Shown here: positions 38,400 through 53,132 of the stretch, piece after piece | Layout: each line of letters begins with the position of its first letter | Numbering within the stretch: position 1 is the first letter of the stretch | Source: Phoronis australis | Lineage: Eukaryota > Animalia > Phoronida | Assembly (NCBI GenBank): GCA_002633005.1 | Contig: NMRA01000066.1 | Coordinates: 717,873 to 781,872, forward strand | Direction: 5' to 3' | Length of the DNA stretch: 64,000 bases | Position numbers and translations under genes: made by a program | The notes under the pieces: generated by a model | Told to the model about the DNA's origin: nothing | Databases searched by the model: none | What the model saw: only the letters and a program-made list of their open reading frames with translations

Positions 38400-40960
38400 T
38401 CTTGAAATCTTTGTTAAACGGGTATGCCCAATGGTTATGGCAAAAAGGTTTGGACATTTAAAGGATATTCTAGAATCGAGTGTGTGCAATTGGAATTCTG
38501 AAAGCAGCAGTTGAGAGTTGGAAATAACTGTTCAAATCATGTTGTCTTGGGAAAACTGGGATGATATCCAATTCATGTCAAATTGGTTGTTAAACTGTTA
38601 TGGCTTTGGATTGGAATGGTACAATCTGGGAAATGGCTGCGAATTTTTTTAGCAGCAAATTAATTTTTTTTTTGCCAGACTTGAACTTTGCTGGGAATTG
38701 ACCTATCGCCAGGATTATGACGGACGGCTTAAGTGACCAATCAGAATGCAGCGTTTCCAAACCGCCATTTCACCCGACAAACCACACGCAGTCGAGTAAA
38801 ACTTATGTTAGTCTATAGCTCAAGAAATTGTCCGCTAAGAATGGGGAAACGGTGTTGATATGGCGTGTGTAGAACCGACAGCCCTTATGCTGCTCCAGAA
38901 TAATATCCCGAAAAATGATGTTGAAAGCGTTAACTATGGATCAAACTGTACGGCCACACGAACAGCTAAACTTAGCTTGATAACTCGAAGGCTATTATAA
39001 ACACAAATATATTACTTCCAAGATCCGCATTTTTCAGCTTGGTAGCTATGGTGCAGGGCTATCTCAGATTTTGACTCCCGAGTTGACTACGTCTAGCAGC
39101 CTTTGTCTCGGCACCTGCTGGATCTCAGCAATCTAGCGGTAGTCCCCAGAAATTGTTGTTTTCAAGGACATTTTATTTTATGTTTTTCTTATTTATTTCA
39201 ACCTAATGGACATTATTTTGTTTCGTGTCAGGGGTGCATTTTTGTTATTCATAAACCGTAAGCTGGCGTTCAACTGAACTTCTCTCCCGCGGTCAAAGTT
39301 CAGAGATTCGATCGGAGCAGGGAAGGGCACTGGATTACTGCCGGATCTCAAAGCCTTGGTTGAACTGTTGTCACTAAAAACAAACTGTTGAATTACTTCT
39401 TGACGTGTACCTCTAGTATACACTATTTCTGTAGAGTTATAGAGAGCTCATTTTGAAGTTGTTCAAACATGATATTTAGATTTATGAAGCTTTAAAAAAG
39501 AATTTGAATTATTTTTGTAAATACCCTATTTTTGCAACTACCACACCAGACTTGTAATCTTTTGTAACCATACCACGACTTAGTGATCATGCTACCTTCA
39601 AAATTAAATAAAAGCTACCTTTATGGAATGAAACTATAAAAAATGCCAAGTTAATAAGAAGGCAGGCCTAATATAAACGTCTTAATGGTGCAAACGGACA
39701 ATTCCATAGGCGGATTTAGGGGGGGGGGGGAGGNCCCTTGGTTGCCGCAAGCAAAATGAAACAGCAAGAGCGTGAGGAAATATTAAGTTCAGTAACTAGG
39801 ACCGGTAGCGGAAGAGGGGGGCTCAGACCCCAGATCGCGGGAGAATCGTGTTCCTGATTTTTTAGTCCACCGATAGATTTTCTGAACAGAAGGTCCAACG
39901 GTCTACATCCCTGGCCCCTGCAACTTTCGGGCCGCCTGTGCACATACAATAACACTTTGCCCAATTCCACGAGGCAACATATGTTGGCCCCCCTGTGGTA
40001 CCCTAGATCCGCCACTGAATTCCAGGCATTAATTTTACTTAGACACCGACAGCCCTAGACCTACAGGAGCTAACTGTTTGGGCAGGACGAGATGAGTATG
40101 TACCTGAGCTATGAACCTGAATTTTTTTATCAAAATATTTCGTTACAAGATTAGAAAAGCGTAAACAGTGCTATCGAGTCGACCTAGTCAGACACTATAG
40201 TGCATGTGTTGTCTGTAGTCTATGACCTACTTGACTCCAGGAGTCCAACCAGTTGTGACTTACTTTTCATTTGGCGAAATTTAGCAGACGACAGAAGAAA
40301 AATATCGGTGAATCTTCCCTGATTTTATTCGAAAGATCATGAAATCTATGGAATCGTACAGATAATTCGACTTTAAGGTACATACCCAGCTTTACATAAA
40401 CATATCGTATCAGTAGCCTTGTCATTTGTCAGGTGAAGGTGGCCCCGAGGCCGAGGGATTCTTCGGATTTTCGCTGGTTCCTCGAGCACTTATTTTTTCA
40501 TCGTCACCTTTACAAATTCCCATATCATGAACGTACGATTCACTGTTGAAAGGCACCGCTTCTTGTCTCTGTCGACGCGTTTTCAAATAGTACAAAAACA
40601 CTCATCGATTCCACTAGGAACGTCGTTTAGCGACAGTGTATTTGCCTCTGTCATCTTGTTCGAATGTCGGATATCACGTGACTTTTCGCATAGGGGCGGA
40701 GCTTGCGATAGGTCAATTTTGAGCTCAGAACCCAGTGCTGACTCCTGAAATTGATTGTAGAAATGGAATCCTATTTGTTGCTTGCATATTTTTGTGTCAG
40801 CTAGGACTAAATTACGTTGCTCTCATAACTTAATGATAGAGAAAGTTTGACCTACCCCTGAAGATCGGTGGTATCTTGTGTGCTGTCTCTGTAAGTCGCA
40901 TATTGAGTATGGATACCCTGATTTTGTTTGTGTTCGAACTGCAGTGTCAGAGCAACATTT
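38400..40960 (+). mobile_element. Degenerate CR1/L2-type LINE 3' ORF2 fragment interrupted by the 2-kb TIR element
   Basis: After 40716 the plus strand reads MESYL...RTKLRCSHNLMIEK...LVC.LC, resembling the KLRxSxHxLxIE plus CxxC C-terminal motif. Heavily decayed; left boundary approximate. Confidence 0.45.
38699..40715 (-). mobile_element. 2.02-kb non-autonomous AT-TSD TIR element, copy 2 (inverted)
   Basis: gggaAT|tgacctatcgcc ... gcgataggtca|ATttt. Collinear reverse complement of 11917-13971, including the nested MITE. Confidence 0.9.
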
Positions 40961-42189
40961 ATACCTGAGTAGTGCAGACGTGAACCAACTAAGTAAAAAT
41001 ATAAAAGTTCATGAAAACTTCGAAATCAAAGGCTCAAATTAACCTCTTTTATGTTCACGCCAATGTCCTCAGGGGAAAGGTTCTCAGTGCCGTTTTGTAA
41101 TGTATCCTACAAGTGGCCCAATGTTTTAGATAATCAGGCTGAAAATGTAATGTCCAAGAACACCAAACGTATTATACAGTACAATCAAAACCAACCCATG
41201 CCAAAATTGCCTGATCACCACAGGAAAAACATAATGTTGGAATTGGAAAACGTCTGCGACAAGTTACAAAACAATTCGATAAATTCATCATGTAAGCTGT
41301 AATCAATTCTTCTCCGACTCTTTGCCAAGACTGTGGCATGCAGTAAAACAGGAATGTGCTAGAATTAAATTCTGGCATTTTAAGTTGAACTATGACTTAT
41401 TTGAAGGGCCACGACCAGAAATTAGAGCGGCACCTCCGCGGAAATTTCTTCGACTTAAACGAAAATCGTACTGGATATACGGTGCTTATGCAAGCGTTAC
41501 GCTACTGGATAAGACAAAGGAATTATTGTTATTTCTCAAAACTTCCGCACAAACTTTTACACTTGGCACAATATCACTGATGTTCCATCGCAAAACCAAA
41601 GGCAAAAAACAAATAGATAATGGATTATCCAACATACATGTAATGTTTTTCCCCAATCGTGACTAAATGTATGGAAGTTAAATGGAAAATCGTAAAAACT
41701 TGAACAGCTCCGCATAATGGGTGGCTGTTAAAATTCCTAGTTCGTGCTAACTATCAAAAAAATTCTGCTTAAATAAGTGTATTTATTCTGGTTCTCACGC
41801 AAGACCCCTAGTCTAAAGACACCCTGAACTGTTTTGAACTACTCTCAAGCAAACGGGGGCTTAATTCCTTAACACCACCAACTGAATACAGGAGTCTTGT
41901 AGATTTGGTAAAACCTCAGCTGCCAAACTATCACACCATGGAACTGAAACAACACTCATAAGGGTAGGCAGGTTCGCATTGCATCACTAGTGAAAACAGT
42001 TTATTATTGAAAAAAACTTTTAATGTTAGCAAAATGACATAGGCAGGAATTTGAGGGGTGAGGCTTTGTTCTTCGGATCCTTTCGGGCGGGGCCCTCTAT
42101 ATTAACAAAGAAAGTTCCCCTCTTTTGACCCCTTCGCGCGGGGCTACGCTCTCCTCCCATTTACAGATGATATTTGAGATAATTTACGT

Positions 42190-43100
42190 CACCTAGTTGC
42201 CATAATTACTGTTTTGTGTGTTTTTGGCGTCTCTAGTTTCCATCTATCAACCAAACCAATCATATGAAGATTGTTAAAATTGTCACAGATGTTCTTCCAG
42301 TGAAGATTGCGGCTAACGATGAATTTTCGACGACTAAAAGTTTTGTGGGGACTCCTAGTGGTACTTGTGTTTGTTTTTGCCTCCATGGCTGTATTTACTA
42401 TACGCTCTGGTGAATTAACTTAGCCAGTGTATTTATATGAAATTGACAACGGTCGACGACGACTTTAGAACTGATTGGACTATTGGCATGGCAATTTTAG
42501 TTTTTGGGTTGACCTCTGTATCGCACACCGACGACATTTTGAAGGATCTGATTACCACTGTGCCCCTTAGTGGCATTTTTCGTTGTCCTCTGTATCTTTG
42601 AAGCTCCTTGGCAATTAGATTTCTAATTAAGAGGTGACAGGTTCCTGTTTTAGGATAGATTCGATGATAGCAGTTGTTTTTATGATCACGAAATTTTGCA
42701 GGTAGCATTCTATTAAGAAAAAACGCCTTCTCATTTCTGCGCGGATTTGACGTATTATGTTCGAATTAGTGCCATCCATTTTAAACTGCTTGAAGGACAT
42801 TATTAGTATTTGGGATGTGTTCCTGATCAGCAGACCGAGGCTGACTTTGGTTTTCGGACTTGTTCAACTACTCTGCCCCACCGTGACAATTTTATTGGCG
42901 CCCACGACTATATCTCCCGTACCCTTTGCAAGATCTTTCTGAAATGTAGCAGATGTGTTCCTATGGAGCTGCCAATAGATAACTGCCAGTTTTATACCAA
43001 TCCAGTTACAGCTGCGCTGCCTAGTGTACAGTTTATTTTTCTACACTTGCATATGTTACTTCAGAGTTCCTTTATACATTTTTATTATAAGAACGACAGC
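42190..43100 (-). mobile_element. Possible decayed LINE ORF1 (SGNH esterase-like) fragment
   Basis: Consecutive broken minus-strand frames (NPKTKIAM..., KFIVSRNL...NNLHMIG) loosely resemble CR1/L2 ORF1 esterase ends. Weak. Confidence 0.25.
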
Positions 43101-46100
43101 AGGTTTCTTTTTGTGGTGTGTCAGAGATTGACTGTGGGTTTGTTTAAAAGGTAGCTATGCTTTGAGATTGTGCGTAGTTGGACAGAAAATAATTAAATCC
43201 AGTAATTAATTTATTGTATGATAACCACTAATTAGACAAGTGAACCCTGCTGTTAATTAAGTAATAAATTACAAAGAAGAGTTATTAAGCTAGCGTCCTC
43301 TTTAAAGATTACTTCAATCAATCAATCAAAATAATCAAATGTCTTATCTGCTATCCAAGCTGTAGGACTCTCCACTTGTTGAATGACAGTCCTGTTGGTG
43401 AATCTTCGAACACTGTACTTGCTGGTCACAGTCTCTGGTGACGCAACACTTGCAGGCAGTTTCTTCTAATCACGATTCTTCTTGCTGGTCACAATCTCTG
43501 GTGATGACACACTTCAGGCAGTATCTTACTACCCACGATGCAGTGACAAGGTCTTACTTAACTTCCTGTTTTTTAACATTTGTCGTTGGCAAGATCCTCT
43601 TTAGAATCTTCCACGAGATGGCTCTGTTGTACAATTTCCTCTGTACACTGTAGCAAGTTTTTTTGCTTCAACTACTATAGCTTTCCTCAATATTGAACTG
43701 CTAATTTTCGGGAAGAATTGGAATATGCTATCTAAAACTTTCAAAGTGAGAATTTGAAAAACATTATTGTTTCCCTCGTTGATTACCACCATATTGATGA
43801 CGGTCAATTTCGCCCCTGATTGCTCAAAATAATCAGAAGCAGAAACTGAGAGGTTTGTTTGAAGATAAAGGCAGATTTTAATTAGTCAACCGGTCGAGTT
43901 GCCCTTACTCCATCGGAGATTGTGTCAACGTATTATTCTCTTTATGTCTAACTCTAGAGAAACCCCCAAAAACGTTCCTACCCAAAGACCTCCTAGTTTA
44001 TTCTCATTGAATGTGTTGAAAAAAAGTTTGGCAATTTCTGAGAGCACCTAAAGTATGAAATCAAAAAAATATTCAACATGACTCGTCACAAAGTTGGCTG
44101 AAACTTTTATTATCAGTCGATTCGTACCCACCTCAAACGACACCAACCACCAAAATACACTCATTAACTTTTCCGTCTATTTTTTATACACCCATAAAAA
44201 TTTTACTTGAAACGTGCAAACATTTTAGGATAACAATGACCTCTTTTGGCAAGAGCACAACACCCTGTAGATTATTGACTGACATGCAATTCTGTGTAGG
44301 CAAGTATAATATGCATAGATGAGCCAAAAGTATAATTTTCTTCACTTTTTCATTGAAAATGTTCAAATTCAGCACGTTGAAAATTCGCAAAAATTCTCAA
44401 TTTTTGAAAAGAAAATACTTACATTCTAAAATGTCGGTCCTAAAGATCAAACATGTTTCTGGACCTTAAGGTCAGGTATATTCAGAGAAAAAAGATTACT
44501 GACAGCTTTTTTACTGAAATGATTGTCAAAAATCCATTTTCCAAGATCAGCGTGAAAATGAAAGCGAGGTCTGTATCAGAAAAATATAAAGTGATTTAGT
44601 GCATATCTAGGGGTAGACCAAGCCCCTATAAGGTTTCAGGAAAGTATGTGACGGTCGTTGTAGAACTACCCGTAGGTGCTCCCAGAAATTGCTACTGTTA
44701 AGTTAAAATTTGCTGGATGTAATCCTGAACTTTCTCAAAAGTTTGAAACCCAAGTGTCCAGTAAAAAAAAATGTCATGTCTTAAAAGACATGACATTTTT
44801 GTCTCTTATTGGATATTGACAAGTGAAGAAATCTGTTGGGGGAGGAACAAATTTGATGATTGACACTTTGCTTGCACCGTGCAATTTTGATTGTTTTCCA
44901 TTTTGTACTATATACGACAGCTTTTCCGCGATACAGGTTTTATTCCAAGCTAAATTAATAAATTTCGATTTGTCCGTTTCATACATTATTGAATCCTTAA
45001 TTCAAAAGAATTACTTATAAATAAGATATAACTCGCTTTAAATAGCACGTGTCAGACAATTTCATAAAAATCACATGAATTATTCGTATTCAGCCTTAAG
45101 AGTGTCTCTATGGGCGTTACCCGTTTTGGGTACTGGCAACAGGCAACTGTTTCATCACCTGCGTCTGTATGTACATGTATAATCTCTGCCCCACTCTCTA
45201 AAACTGTTGTTAACGCTCGATAGACGAAGTGGTGTATGTATATGTCAGCCAGCATTATGGTCACTAAAATGTTGATCATCATTATTTTTCTGGATGGAGT
45301 CAATTTTTAAATTACACTTAAAAGTGTAATTAAGTTATGATAATCATTCGTTTAAAAAGTGTAGAATACGCAATATTCAGTTGGACCTTATTTAAGACTA
45401 AAGTAAGAAAGCCCATTAGAGATATTTGTTCACACGTCCAAGATCTATCCTTAAACGTATATTCCATTGCCAAAACGGTGCAGTCTGGCTTGTACAAGTA
45501 CTTGATTGACAATCACTTTCAACACTACAAAAAACGTCCTCCAGATTTATCTCCTCTTTCACGAAATAGATGCCATTAAACCATTTGTACAGTGTATGTT
45601 TTTTACTTGGAAGTCCTTATGTATGAGTCCCTTATCCCGTTATGCGTTTTCTCCTATTGCATGAGATCTGCCTGTTTTTGATGATAGAAATTTGTTTTTT
45701 GGTATGCAAGAACGTGTCACTTTTTTCGTGACCATTTGCAGGCCTTTAAGAAAAACATTAAAAAGTCATTAAGTGTATAAACTTAAGATTGGTAATTTTT
45801 GTATCAGAGCCACACCCTGATCACATACACGAATTTTAAGGTGATTCTGAAATAAGACACGTGTGATGTTTTGATTTCTTTCGATTTTCTTTTGGGGTGG
45901 GTCAATTAAGAGCTGCAACCAGGTTTAACACTGGTGAAGATGCAGACTTGCGCTATACGCATGTGATAAACCTTGCAGCAGAAAGACGCCGCAGTATGCA
46001 TCACCACTTTTAGCTCGAACATATGAAATTTTCAGGTTTACACCGACATGGACACAAACTTAGACTGCTACGTTTTGCAAGGTGTCCTTCGGACTACTAA

Positions 46101-46211
46101 GAATACGACTGATCGAGCTTGGCGACATCTTCGTAAACTTTACGGGCACGGCTGTGTTCCCCCTAAATCGGGGCTAAGTATGCACGTTAAGGTGTGCTCG
46201 TGCGTTGGGCA

Positions 46212-48995
46212 CTGATACGCCGTAAAATGTAAAAATTTCGTATAACGTAACAACTGTTATATTTTACGTCATTGTTACATTTTACGTTGATAAGCCTTTC
46301 CTAAAATGTAACAAGTTGTTACATTTTACGTAGTTGTAACACTTCACGTCGAACGCCCATGCGAGAAATGTACCATTGTTACATTTTACGAAACCCACGT
46401 CATATAGCAAAAAATGACCAAAATCCCGAACAAGTGTTATCTGACACGGCCGATGGCTACTTGAGTATTTTAGACGAGGAGTGACGCCCGAAAAATTTGA
46501 ATACGTACCCGTTTAGAGAGTGGGCTCGAACAAAAAATGACCCATTCAGAGACTAATTTGGGTAAAAATTTACATTTTCACAAACTTCTGTTTCAGACAT
46601 TCAGTAAAGCCACCTTTTAGATATAGTTTTATCGAAAATGGCACCATTTTAGAGAGTATTTTGTTCTGTGAATAAACACCCTTTTCGGCCATGGTCCGCC
46701 CTAAAATTATCCCAGATGCCATTTGGCAGTTGGGGGTGCGAATAGTTGACGAGTGAAATCCTGGCTAATACTCTGCCCTACCCCCAACTTAGAATCCTGG
46801 ATCTGCCCCTGGACACGACATGAATTTGGCTACCTATTATAATTTTTATTAGTATTGCATTAACATCACTATTGTTACTACTATTAATACTATTACTACT
46901 ATCACTAGTATTACTGGTTTTCGTTTTAGTTATCGTTATCATTATTGTTATTAATATTTTTAAATTTATTTATTGAGGACACAATAGATGTTTAGCAAAG
47001 TGCTAATACATCGTAATCCTTAAAGATTTTAAAATCATGTCATTTATGCTTCAATGTTTTCATCGGGCTTTCCATAGTGGGCGTCGAGTTATGTTCCAAA
47101 AGAATTTTAAAGGGGCTCCTATGTTTAGCTTTAACGACATTGTGAGGAAAGTCTTGACAGCTGTGGATGCAGAATAGGTCTACTTTTTGGAAGCGAACAG
47201 GCTGAGATTTAAAATCTTGTTTAGGAGTGCACCAACTTCAAAAATTGGTTATTTCTAAACTATCGGCAAGCACTGTATTATTTGTAAATATAACTACTTC
47301 CATATGTGGTTTGCCACGAAGAAATAAATTCAGATCGCAATATTGTTACTGGCGTGTTGAAAACATTCCTTGTCAAAGAACTGGGGATCGTTCCACGATG
47401 ACGTGTACATGTAAGTTGAAAAATTGTGTTAAGTTAAACTCTGGAGGCAAACATTTTTCAAGAACTAACGACTACTCGGCTGCGGTCACAGGGTCATTAG
47501 AATAGCGGGTTACGGACATACAAAACACGCAATCATTTTATGTGGAATGGGTCCCCAAATATTCTTAGAAAAGCCTAATAAGTAAGCACAATAATTTGAA
47601 TAAGGTTTTATTGAAAGTGGATTGCATGGAACAAAAACTGCCAACGTAGAAGTCAGAGATTTTTAATTTGAACATTTATTGCAATGCATCAAAAGGATTA
47701 ATATACCAAATTCCCTTATCTGCGAGCTGCAACGCAAAAAAGTGGCGCCTCATGAGTCACGTGACTTCACGTCCATTAATAATAGAATATCCAATCTTTG
47801 TCCTTATTTATATATACTTCGAACTAACGACCAATGACTAAATAGCAATTTAATTCAAATTTTATCCTAAGAGATAATGGAAAGAGAAAGTGCATGTTTT
47901 TAGTCCGAAAGGCCGACAGTCAGCTTTTTAGACTATTGCCCCTTTAAACTATCGACCTAGACCAGGTTTGAGCAAAATGATCATGTCCCATCAGAGGGCA
48001 AAATATTTTCTATTTCCCCAGCTAGGCATCCCATTTTTACGTATACACGTCACGATTTGACATGTTGTTACCACCACTATTTCAAACAAGATTGACATCA
48101 TAGGAACAATGATATTTCTTACGTCATTATGCCGCCACTTTTTTAAGCTAATGGCACGCCCTTCTCAAAGGCGATATTTTGCTGTTGCTTTGGCAAAATC
48201 TGTCAACCTGCCGGCAAACAAATGCGTGCTTTTATTTCCTTCCACGGCAACGTCTTTAAGAAATTGTCATTAGTATCTAAGGTAATAGAAAGCACCCGCC
48301 TGCAACAGAAACTTTGGTTTTTTTGTTAATTTTGTGTGAAGCAGGGCAATTACTGCATTAGTGATGACTCCAAGGCCGAAATAAGCCAAACTATCGTGGA
48401 CTAAAACTGATGTCTTTTTCCTTGAAATAGGCTTCCGAAAATGAATTCTCCATGAAAAATGTTGTTATTGTCATTCGCTCCCGAAGAAGTACGATAAATA
48501 TTAGCCAAATACGATGTCATTGTTGTTCTTACCAAGGGAAGTGTGTTTACTGTAAGGTCGGATACACAATTGGTTTAAGAGCGCTAACAAAAGATTGCAA
48601 ACTCATTTCGTGAGGAGTTAACTGTACGCTGTACATTTTTGACCATACCATAAAACTACTCATGTTAAAAAGTACATAGGGACACATGTGTAAAGTCTAC
48701 CTGGCACTTTTGATAGAATTTCATTCACACAATCCGAGACAGAAGGCTTTAAGTGTGTCAACGGTTTTCCTCCGTGTGACAAATACCATGCAAACTCATG
48801 AAATATGACATCGCTTTCGTAAAATGTAACAATGGTACATTTCCCGCATGTACATTCGACGTAAATTGTAACAATTTCATAAAATGTAACAACTTGTAAC
48901 ATTTTAGGAGAGGCCTAGCAAAGTAAAATGTAACATTAACATAAATGTAACAATTGCTACACTTTACGAAATTGTTACATTTTACGGTGTATCAG
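46212..48995. mobile_element. Foldback-like element with about 190-bp inverted arms built from gttacattttacg sub-repeats
   Basis: ctgatacgccgtaaaatgtaa ... ttacattttacggtgtatcag, with arms at about 46212-46400 and 48800-48995. TSD not clean. Confidence 0.75.
47111..47943. mobile_element. Non-autonomous TTAA-TSD (Kolobok-like) element
   Basis: TTAA|aggggc ... gcccct|TTAA. The TIR match is short. Confidence 0.5.
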
Positions 48996-49484
48996 GTCAC
49001 ACTTATCTTAAAATATAAAAGGCTGGTCCATTTCATGATATCGTAGATCTACTACTGGGTCAATCAGCGTTTTTCTTTGCAAAGGGTTTCTAAATGCCCT
49101 TGATCTATTTGTTGTTGCATTTTTTCGGAATGCAGGAATTGTCCAGTCAGTCTAAACTGGACCAGTATCCCCCCAGGTCTCCTGCTTACGTTGACTTGAT
49201 TTGGGGTCAATTTTCCAGATATCTACAACCAATTGTGTGAGGAGACGTTCTCGTCATTTAAGAAAATCTGACCTCTTTCTACCCAATTATTGATAACATA
49301 CTCACCAGTAAAAGTCTGCACTGGTTCTATTACTGTGTGTCGATTACACTCACTTTATCAAGGCTCCATGAAAGCGAGGCCTAAAATTACACCAGGTTTT
49401 GGAATACCAGGTTTGAGTCGTTAACCTGGTTTTGATAAAACACCTTGATGAAATCGACTGTTTCAACATGCATTTACATAAGCT

Positions 49485-49940
49485 TTAAGACACTTTGTAA
49501 GCTTCGCCAGCAACCCAGTAGCCAGAATATCCCAAGCTTGCAGGAAAACCAAATTCAGAAAGTGAAGGACATTGTGTCAGCGTAGGCAAGAGCACTGGCG
49601 ATGAGTTAGATGCAGTCTTGCTGGTTCCGGTGGAGCTACCCGGCGTGTGCCACAAGTCGTTGTCCTGTACAGTCACTTGTAGTGCAATATGCGGAAATAG
49701 TAAATACAAATGCATCTTGATCATTTGCTACATCCTCGGACCAGTTTTTATTGATGTATACACCATATAAATTGTCGTCGTCACCGCCTACTAAAACAAG
49801 TAGTGTGTGATTTATTCCTTCGAAACCGTCTTCTACATTGCTTACCCTCACAGACATGTTAAAGTCTAAGTTGAAGTGCTTGTCAGGGAGCCATTCCCGT
49901 ATCTTATCCAAAAGTTCCGCAGTCAATAAGCCATTTAGAG
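49485..49940 (-). pseudogene. TLDc-domain-like exon with a frameshift
   Basis: Acceptor cttcag|, then LNGLLTAELLDKIREWLPDKHFNLDFN...HTLLVLVGGDDDNLYGVYINKNW...DQDAFVFTI, ending in another frame with ...GEAYKVS*. This follows the TLDc motif order. A phase-compatible upstream exon may lie at about 50034-50125. Confidence 0.55.
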
Positions 49941-52900
49941 CTGAAGACGAGACAAGAGGAGTGTAAGCTGAAATGATAAAACTCGCTATGTATTCAAAAA
50001 TGTATATATTTCCTCATAGAAAGTTTTTGCATACGGCTGATGCATTCCTCAGTGCCCAACAGGTTGTGTGGCGCATGGTACGGTTCTTTGTCACCACACT
50101 CATCACGTTTGAAGGCATAGTGCTGTTGGTGGATCCAGACAGATTACCATACTATCCTCTTGATATATACATGTACGTTATGTGTGTTATTATATCTAGA
50201 TACGTGGTATGCAAGCCAATTTAAACTCGGGCGAAGAATCTATCATACAAATCGAGTGAAGTATTTTAAGACGCGCATTTAAACAAATCTTCGTTGACGT
50301 CACATATCCGGTTAACAGCACAGCGCCACCTGAAGTTTTTCTCACTTGTGCGATGTTTGGCAAAAAATAACTTAAAAACAAATTTGACTTATGAATGTAA
50401 TTTTCTTTAATAAACTAAGGAACATAAATAGGTTGTTTCGGCCATGCCTAAAATTCATTTTCCCCTTTCTACGAGGGCTTTAATACAGCACGGCTAGGAC
50501 CCGGAGATTATGATTTCCGTGTTTGGCGTAGTAATATGTTTACTATAGCAACACCTCATCCATAGCCAGTTGGCAAAATGAAGTCGCAGGATCGTTTAGC
50601 TTTAGCTGTTTTCGCCTAGATTTTCACCAAGTTTGTTGAACTTTAAATTTTAGACGGTATATGACGGTATTATGATTTGTGCTACAGTATATTTGGTTCA
50701 GTTGTCATTTGTCAGGTGTTTTTCAATTATTGAATATAGTGGCACTAACGCCAGTAGGTGAAACATGAATCAATAACAACTCGAGGTACAACAACTACCG
50801 AAATTTTTATGTTCTTAGCCCACCAAATACCGTAATCTTTACAGCTTTCCCAGGGTTATTTTCTCTAGAGATGATAACGGTTACCTTATCTAGAGAAAAT
50901 ACCGAAAAGTGGTTTTGGCGTATTTCAATAAGTGATAACATACCTGTGTATGATAAAACTAGATCCCTCATAAATGATATCAGCCGATCACATGATTATC
51001 TGTAACTGCATGGTCAGTAATTACACAATTGTTTACGTCATTTGTGATTTTTGGGAGGGAGAATCTGATGTTTAAAAACGGAATTAGGAATTTGTCTGAA
51101 ACCGTAAATGAACAAAATAGATACGGGAACCCCATGCAGTTACCGATGAATAAGAATATGAAACAGAAAGTAAACGGCCAGCGTCCATACTAAAATATAT
51201 CAAAATATTCCCTACGTTTCTGCTGCTTGTTGTGTATCACTGTCGTACTTTATTTACATATTTCTATTCTGTTCTGTGAAGTATCCAATAAATATATATC
51301 ACCTTACAATTCGCAACGCCACCTGATAAGCACTGAGGAAGGTAGGTATGTCGAAATGTTTTGTGGAGTAACTAAGCAATTCCTAGATAGAAAAATAATT
51401 TCATCATGTAAGTTATACTTTACCAACATAGTGGAATCGTTTATATAGGTAAGAGCGTGGAATCGGAACTTGCAGGCCCGCAGTCTCAGTCAAACTCTCT
51501 GCTGGCGTAGCTAAACCACAGTTAATCTATGGGAAAATATAGCACCCCTATTAGACTGGTAAAATTACCCGCCTTGTCTTCAGTGAGTAACTGGCAGAAT
51601 TGGCAATCTGTAATAAAAACACCAAAACAAAACGGATGTAACTGTCATTCCACGAGAATACCAATAGGTCGACTCTAGGGCCACCGACTCAGATCTTGAA
51701 AAAATTGTGTGTTCTGTACATCCTGGTGGGATATGTTCAAAATGCTTATTTGAAAATTTTGGGCCATTATTTTTAAGTTAGAGCATCCCGATTATTTTGG
51801 CCCAAAATAGCTCACTTTTTGGTTCAAACGGTTCATTCGATGAAGTTGTTTTAAAACGGCTTCAAGTAACGGGAAAGAAAAAAATATTTACACTGCTCAT
51901 GCAGAACTTGAAGCTCTCTATCAGAAGACAGTCTTTGACTTTTCAAAGGGGTTTCTGCTAACCTTCAATGATGTGTCAAATTTCGGGAAATCTTGTCACA
52001 TTTTGTCTTGGATTTTTAGCCATTTCTGAGGTGCTCTGAGGCCAGTTTTCGCGGTGTTGGTGATTTCTAATGATATTTTTCATCTGACTAAGAAAATTAA
52101 AAATACAAACATGGGCTTCTTTTGTGGTGCCTGTACATGTAGCTACATGTATATCTCATTAACCTCATGAAGGGGCTTCATTAATTTTTGCAAATAAGTT
52201 TCTATGGTGATCAAATCAGTCGACGTCAACTTTTAGATAACGACATATTTAATAAATCCAAAGTACATGTAAACTTAGTCTGAGAAAAAAGAAAATAAGA
52301 GAGCAGTCTATGGCTGCCACTTTAGCAAATACACACGATCATTGCAATAGATTCCCGTCAAATGTCCCGTCACACACACAAAATTTTTAGTCTTGAGATA
52401 ACATTACCCTCGAGTTGTGTGAAAGAGAAAGTTAGCCTTAGTAGTACATGTACATCCAACGCAGACCAAGTTGGATTCGTAATAAATCGTGATTTATACG
52501 CACAATACTGCCACCAACTCTCTTTAAAAGCGCCACTTATGACAAAAATTGCAACAACAGGGACCGCAACGTTTGCTCCGATTTATTGCAGTGGTCCGGT
52601 TTTTTTTAAATCAAGTAAACTGCACAGGCCATACACCCATCAAAGGTGCAAGATTCAAAAGGAGTCGGTGTGCAACTGTGCTTATACCAATGTACTATTT
52701 TGTCGTTTTAAGGCATGAATTCAGATTTTAACCGTTAAGGAATCTGTAAATTTACTGTCGACAGGTTAAAGGGGCTTTGATAAGTCATGAACCGATTCAG
52801 ACTGAGCAATGTCCAGCTATACGCAATCCGTGAGCACGTTCAACTCGCATTACATACAACTACAAGGCATTTGTGTGATTTAAGCTCAAAAGTGTTATTT

Positions 52901-53132
52901 AGTTCCAATTCAAAATAACAAACGTGAAAAATTTACAGCAAACAATGTACATTCACCGTCGTTCAGAACAAGTCGTGCAGAACTTTAGGTTTCCTCAAAA
53001 ATAGTACAAATTCGTTTAACCTTTGTTTTTGCAATCAATATCCGTATGTCGCAAACATATTTAAGTCTGGTGTGTTCAGCCAGCTGTTGGACACATCACG
53101 TGACCTAATAAAATTAAATCTGAAAAATTTCT

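Noticed and set aside
43420-43530. Cys-containing repeat (CVxTRDCDQQ twice)
   Set aside because: Simple duplication of about 63 bp with stops in all minus frames and no gene structure.
51325-51365. Hammerhead-like CTGAGGA...GAAA motif
   Set aside because: Stems do not pair convincingly; at most a PLE remnant.
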